Source of the DNA: Lama guanicoe
Taxonomy: Eukaryota
Direction: 5' to 3'
Assembly (NCBI GenBank): GCA_013239625.1
Contig: MU053561.1
Coordinates: 4,465,992 to 4,529,991, forward strand
Length of the DNA stretch: 64,000 nucleotides
The first letter of the stretch is position 1. Each line of letters starts with the position of its first letter. The translations under genes were made by a program, and so were the position numbers. This document shows positions 60,201 to 64,000 of the stretch, piece by piece. A model generated the notes under the pieces. That model saw only the letters and a program-made list of their open reading frames with translations, did no database searches and was not told the DNA's origin.

Positions 60201-61994
60201 GTCACCTGTGATTCCTATAGTAGTTCCATCTCCCTAGGGAACGAGGCATGAATACATTTCTGTTCCGACCTCACTGTGGGGAAGCTGGAGCTCTCACCCA
60301 TCTCATGACAGCATTCATGACAGCAGATAACATCTCTCATGGCCTGAATTTAAAAAAGGTGAGTTGGAGGCTCTCTCCTCAATATTAACTTTTATATAGG
60401 AGTTACAGTAATAGAATTTTTTCCCTTATCATTCCGTTACAAGTCATTATCAACACTGGAATCAAATTAAAGTAGAGTGAAAAAGATTTTTGAGATTATT
60501 TAGTACAGTTCATTTTACAGAGGCCCTGAGAAGTAAAGGGACTTGCTCGAGATGGCCTAGCTAGTTGGTGATGAGTTCACATAGATCTCCTGACTTCCAT
60601 TTTAGAGCTCTGACAAGGGGTAATTCAGAGGTGGCTGGGCTTACCTTAAATAGGTTTTTGCCAGATTTCTTGTTATAGCATGTTCTAAAATTCCTCTTGT
60701 GAGAGTCAGAACTTTCTTGTAGGAAAAAAAAAAATGTTTCAAGGTGAGACCTTCTGCCTGAGACAGACCATCTAACTTAGACAATTAAAGCTCCAACAAT
60801 TAGGTGTGACTCAATGCTTCTGAAAATTGATCCCAAATAAATTTAATCTAAACAGTATTTACATTTTAAAACTATTCTTCTTTACAAGGGGGTTTAAAGA
60901 ATATGTGGTAATTTTGTTGAAAGCTAAAACTTGAGGCAGACCATAGGGTTTTAACATTTCTAGTTTGTATCCCTTTTTAAACATTTTAAGATTTTTTTTC
61001 ACTTTTCCTTTTCAGAGTCCTGTGTTACAGTACTTGTTTTTCTTAGCCCAGATTCCCATCGCTATGTCTCCATTGAGCAACAACAGCTTATTTCTAGAAT
61101 ATGCCAAAAATCCTTTTCTAGATTTCCTCCAGAAAGGTCTGATGATCTCACTGTCTACAGATGATCCGATGCAATTCCATTTTACCAAGGTACACGTATG
61201 GAATTTTGAGCAATACAAGTACTCTTTGCTGAACTGTTATTTACTACCCAGAATTTTAAAGTCAGATCAAAGTATTTCACTATTCTTTCTGTGCAGGATG
61301 TGTATTTAATGCATTCCTTTTTCTTCCTTGTTTTTTTTTTTTTTTGCCTCATTTAAATAAATAACCTAAGGAGCCCCTGATGGAAGAATACGCCATTGCT
61401 GCACAAGTCTTCAAACTGAGCACCTGTGATATGTGTGAAGTGGCAAGAAACAGTGTTCTGCAGTGTGGAATTTCTCATGAGGTAGACTGTCCTTGGCTGG
61501 TTGTCCTTCTGAGTACAGAACTGATAACCTGAATATTGAAAAATTAGTTGGGGAAACACAGGTTGAAAAATTGTTTCACAAATCATATGCAGTTACCATG
61601 GACAGGGACTAGAAAGAATTATTCCCTCTGGCCATGCCTTTTGGGCAAGGGGAATAAAACACACTTGGTTTCTCAGCAGATCATGCACATTGAGACACTG
61701 GATGAGTGCTTTAATGGTTCATTGTTTTCCTTTTGCTTGCAACTAACATAAGGAAGGAATCTTTGTGGGGGATGTAATTGTTTTCTATATCAGAGTAAAA
61801 AGAGAACAATCATTCTGTTTCCTTTCCTCTTGTAGGAGAAAGCAAGGTTTCTGGGCACCAATTACCGTGAGGAAGGACCTAATGGAAATGATATCCGAAA
61901 GACAAATGTAGCCCAAATCCGCATGGCCTATCGCTATGAAACCTGGTGTTATGAACTTAATTTAATTGCTGAAGGCATTAAATCAGGAGAATAA
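42232..61994 (+). CDS. AMPD1: AMP deaminase 1 (muscle), complete gene span (16 coding exons)
   Basis: Exons sum to 2244 nt = 747 aa + stop; DTHIHAAAC zinc motif, [16 protein letters not shown] catalytic signature; all GT-AG. Confidence 0.98.
43573..43584 (+). CDS. AMPD1: AMPD1 exon 2 (12-nt microexon)
   Basis: catatag|ctgaagaaaaac|gtgagt; gives AEEKQ in frame. Confidence 0.9.
44236..44429 (-). mobile_element. tRNA-derived SINE (Vic-1-like) with internal 37-bp duplication
   Basis: Perfect 17-bp TSD agtactgtgaagttttt at 44219-44235 and 44430-44446. Confidence 0.92.
47160..47340 (+). CDS. AMPD1: AMPD1 exon 3
   Basis: tttag|[36 protein letters not shown]...STEGR|gtaagt. Confidence 0.95.
48635..48800 (+). 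CDS. AMPD1: AMPD1 exon 4
   Basis: ccag|[20 protein letters not shown]...[15 protein letters not shown]|gtgagt. Confidence 0.95.
49661..49790 (+). mobile_element. tRNA-derived SINE (Vic-1-like)
   Basis: ggggagggtatagctcagtggtagagcacatgcttagcatgcacaaggtcctgagttcaatccccagtacctcc + A-rich tail. Confidence 0.92.
51275..51440 (+). CDS. AMPD1: AMPD1 exon 5
   Basis: gacag|[35 protein letters not shown]...NESFYP|gtaagg. Confidence 0.95.
53105..53420 (+). mobile_element. Old LINE-1 (L1M-type) 3' end
   Basis: gtgagactattctgtatgat...gagtgaaccctaatataaactatggactttgg...aacctaaaactgct motifs. Confidence 0.75.
53441..53560 (+). mobile_element. tRNA-derived SINE (Vic-1-like), diverged
   Basis: ggtagaacgcatgcttagcatgcatgaggtcttgggttcaatccccagg + (AAAAC)n tail. 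Confidence 0.88.
53979..54198 (+). CDS. AMPD1: AMPD1 exon 6
   Basis: gaaaaag|[23 protein letters not shown]...LALIAQGP|gtaagt. Confidence 0.93.
54729..54858 (+). CDS. AMPD1: AMPD1 exon 7
   Basis: cacag|[43 protein letters not shown]|gtaaac. Confidence 0.96.
55875..56069 (+). CDS. AMPD1: AMPD1 exon 8
   Basis: tacag|[22 protein letters not shown]...DSLDVHA|gtaggt. Confidence 0.96.
56364..56495 (+). CDS. AMPD1: AMPD1 exon 9
   Basis: tgcag|[44 protein letters not shown]|gtgagg. Confidence 0.96.
57154..57317 (+). CDS. AMPD1: AMPD1 exon 10
   Basis: tgcag|[28 protein letters not shown]...WMIQVPRI|gtatgt. Confidence 0.96.
57640..58025 (-). mobile_element. LINE-1 3' fragment
   Basis: ttctctgtatctgtgagtctg...agattccatatataagtgatatcatacagtattt...ccattcatctgttgatggacac. 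Confidence 0.8.
59081..59207 (+). CDS. AMPD1: AMPD1 exon 11
   Basis: tctag|[42 protein letters not shown]|gtaagc. Confidence 0.96.
59390..59553 (+). CDS. AMPD1: AMPD1 exon 12
   Basis: gacag|[28 protein letters not shown]...VLNSLR|gtaagt. Confidence 0.96.
60238..60358 (+). CDS. AMPD1: AMPD1 exon 13
   Basis: cctag|[40 protein letters not shown]|gtgagt. Confidence 0.96.
61016..61189 (+). CDS. AMPD1: AMPD1 exon 14
   Basis: ttcag|[26 protein letters not shown]...[14 protein letters not shown]|gtacac. Confidence 0.96.
61371..61481 (+). CDS. AMPD1: AMPD1 exon 15
   Basis: cctaag|[37 protein letters not shown]|gtagac. Confidence 0.95.
61836..61994 (+). CDS. AMPD1: AMPD1 exon 16 (last)
   Basis: tgtag|[52 protein letters not shown]. 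Confidence 0.96.
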   Translation, partial: EKARFLGTNYREEGPNGNDIRKTNVAQIRMAYRYETWCYELNLIAEGIKSGE

Positions 61995-62004
61995 AACAAA
62001 TAAA
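61990..62004 (+). terminator. AMPD1: AMPD1 polyadenylation signals
   Basis: AATAAA 61990-61995 (overlaps stop) and 61999-62004. Confidence 0.75.
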
Positions 62005-62704
62005 CCAAATAATAATATGGGTGAGATTTTCATTGTAGAGTGTGAGTAATAATAGTTACCAGTTCATGATTCCATACTATAAGCCAAAGATTGCATTAGA
62101 TATTGTTCTACTGACATTATTTAATTCTTTTCCCAGCTTTTTAGATATTATTATCTCCATTTTGAAGGGAAGATGAGTAAATTGAGGTTAGTGACGTTAA
62201 TAACCTGTACAAGGATTCACCTAGTGAGTAGTAGCACTGGGGACCTGGCATTGTCTGACTCCAGCATTTCCATGGTTTTCAGGCAAAAGAGTTATTAAGG
62301 CAGGGCAAAAATACAAGCAAATTTGTTATAGGGAGAATGTAGGCTTTTGGTTTATAGAATGAAACTTATTAAAGGCACTTAGACCATTGAAAAGTCTTTT
62401 TGACAGCATACACCTGAAGAGTGGCTTTCTTAGACAAAAATGGAACAGGTGTACCCCAATATAGAAAATCCGTACTTACGAGTTAATATACATACAGAGA
62501 ATTTATCTTACAAAAAGATTCTTAGCTTGAAAAGATATAACTGACAATAAGTTATAGTCAGTTGTAGTGGTACGTTTTAAATGGTTTCACTTACCAAAAT
62601 AAAATACACATGTAACTTTTTAGAAACATGCAAGTTACTCAAGGTCTCAATGTCAGGTGGAATTCCAAGTAGTCAGATTATACCTCTCTACACCTACAGT
62701 TGTG

Positions 62705-62718
62705 GTGCCACCTAGTGG
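62705..62718 (-). promoter_or_regulatory. CTCF core motif
   Basis: Reverse complement CCACTAGGTGGCAC fits CCASYAGRKGGCRS. Confidence 0.6.
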
Positions 62719-64000
62719 TTGGGCTGATACTTCATTCAACTTATTGGGTAAACAATTACTGATAAACATCTAAAGTGTCAGGTACTATTCTAGACAGCAA
62801 AGGTATAAAGTATCAGATTTTATTCCTACTCTCAAGTTGTTCACAACATGAAGTTACAGCATGAGTGGAAATTTTTTCACAAATGTGAAAAAAGAATTTT
62901 GTGAAACATCATAGAAAGTAATGACTTTTCAAATAGGAAAAAAAAAAAAGCAAATACCTGCATGCTTCCACATTCTCTACAGATAGCCTTAAGCATAGGT
63001 GCGATCCCAACTGCATGTCTGTACTAGTGTAAGAATCCTCTCCCTGGTTTCTGAAGTTGATGCTCTGTTTGCTGAGTATTTATAAGTCCCTTAGAGAACC
63101 TGATTTTATTTTTCCTTGGCCTCTTTGTCATCAAAATAATACAAATTGCCAAATTAAACTTTCTATTCTCAAATTTAAAAAAGCATTAACTACCATTATG
63201 TGTATCTCCATCTTCCCATGAGAGGGCAGTAGAATACATACATGTTAATCCATTTATTACATTCAGAGAACTCAAGATTTGGTTTCAAATTTGGTAGTTG
63301 AAATTCAGTCTGCTCATTTTGGCAAATAATCTTCCTGAATACAACGGTTGAACTTTGAAATAAATTTGAACTTTTAACTAAATTTCAAAGCCATGCCATT
63401 CTAGCCCAAAATTTTACCTTAGGCAACTGTTTGGGAAGTTTTCTAAATATATAAGGGTTTTTGTTTTGGTTAGGTTTGGTTTTTGGTGGTGAGAGGAGGA
63501 GTCCATAAAGATCACTGTTCAAAATTCAAAGAGTATTCACATTTAATTCCTCATTGAGACATGATTAAAAATATGTCTTGTCATTCCTTTTTTTTCTCCC
63601 ATCATAGAAGGTAATTCCTGTTTTATTGTCCACAGCTCATGGTTTCACAATGGCTTGGGGTATGCAGCTTTTATTGCTTTGGCTAAGTTGGCTTATGACA
63701 GTCATCTGTGATGTGTAACCAAACACCTCTCTTTCTGGCCATCTTCTATTTTGGTACCTCTATGTGAACAAATGTGGAAAGAGTTTGGTCACCAGATCCA
63801 AGAGGCTCTGGTGGGGTGGGATAGGGTAGGGTGGAATGAGGTGGGGCGAGGCTGGGTGGGGTGGTTAGCAAGTGCCTGGGAAACAGGCTCAACTCATCCT
63901 TGACTAGGCAGCCTTAATGAAACTGGGCTGCTGCTCGCAGTAGGCACAGTGCCATGTATGAGCGTGTTGCAGGCGTAGTGTTCAGGCATGTGTGTCACAA

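Overview
Mammalian (vertebrate, intron-rich) genomic DNA, most likely a camelid judging by six copies of a tRNA-derived SINE resembling the camelid Vic-1 family. Three protein-coding genes lie head-to-tail on the + strand in the conserved mammalian order: (1) the 3' part of CSDE1/UNR (15 coding exons, 168-16226, 664 aa, one GC-AG intron), whose distal polyA signal abuts (2) NRAS (complete, 189 aa, wild-type G12/G13/Q61, two 3'UTR introns, 3'UTR to ~27560), and (3) AMPD1 (complete, 16 coding exons, 42232-61994, 747 aa, 12-nt microexon 2). The most unusual feature is in the NRAS-AMPD1 intergenic region. It is a ~1.03 kb insertion (37549-38577) bounded by a perfect 17-bp target-site duplication. 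It consists of the spliced 5' end of STARD9 (KIF16A) joined to L1-derived sequence that shows dense A>G change on the transcript strand, and it has a G-rich stretch where the poly(A) tail should be. This is a candidate genomic fossil of an ADAR-hyperedited, prematurely polyadenylated chimeric mRNA. Comparisons to human sequences and repeat consensuses are from memory and need alignment to confirm.
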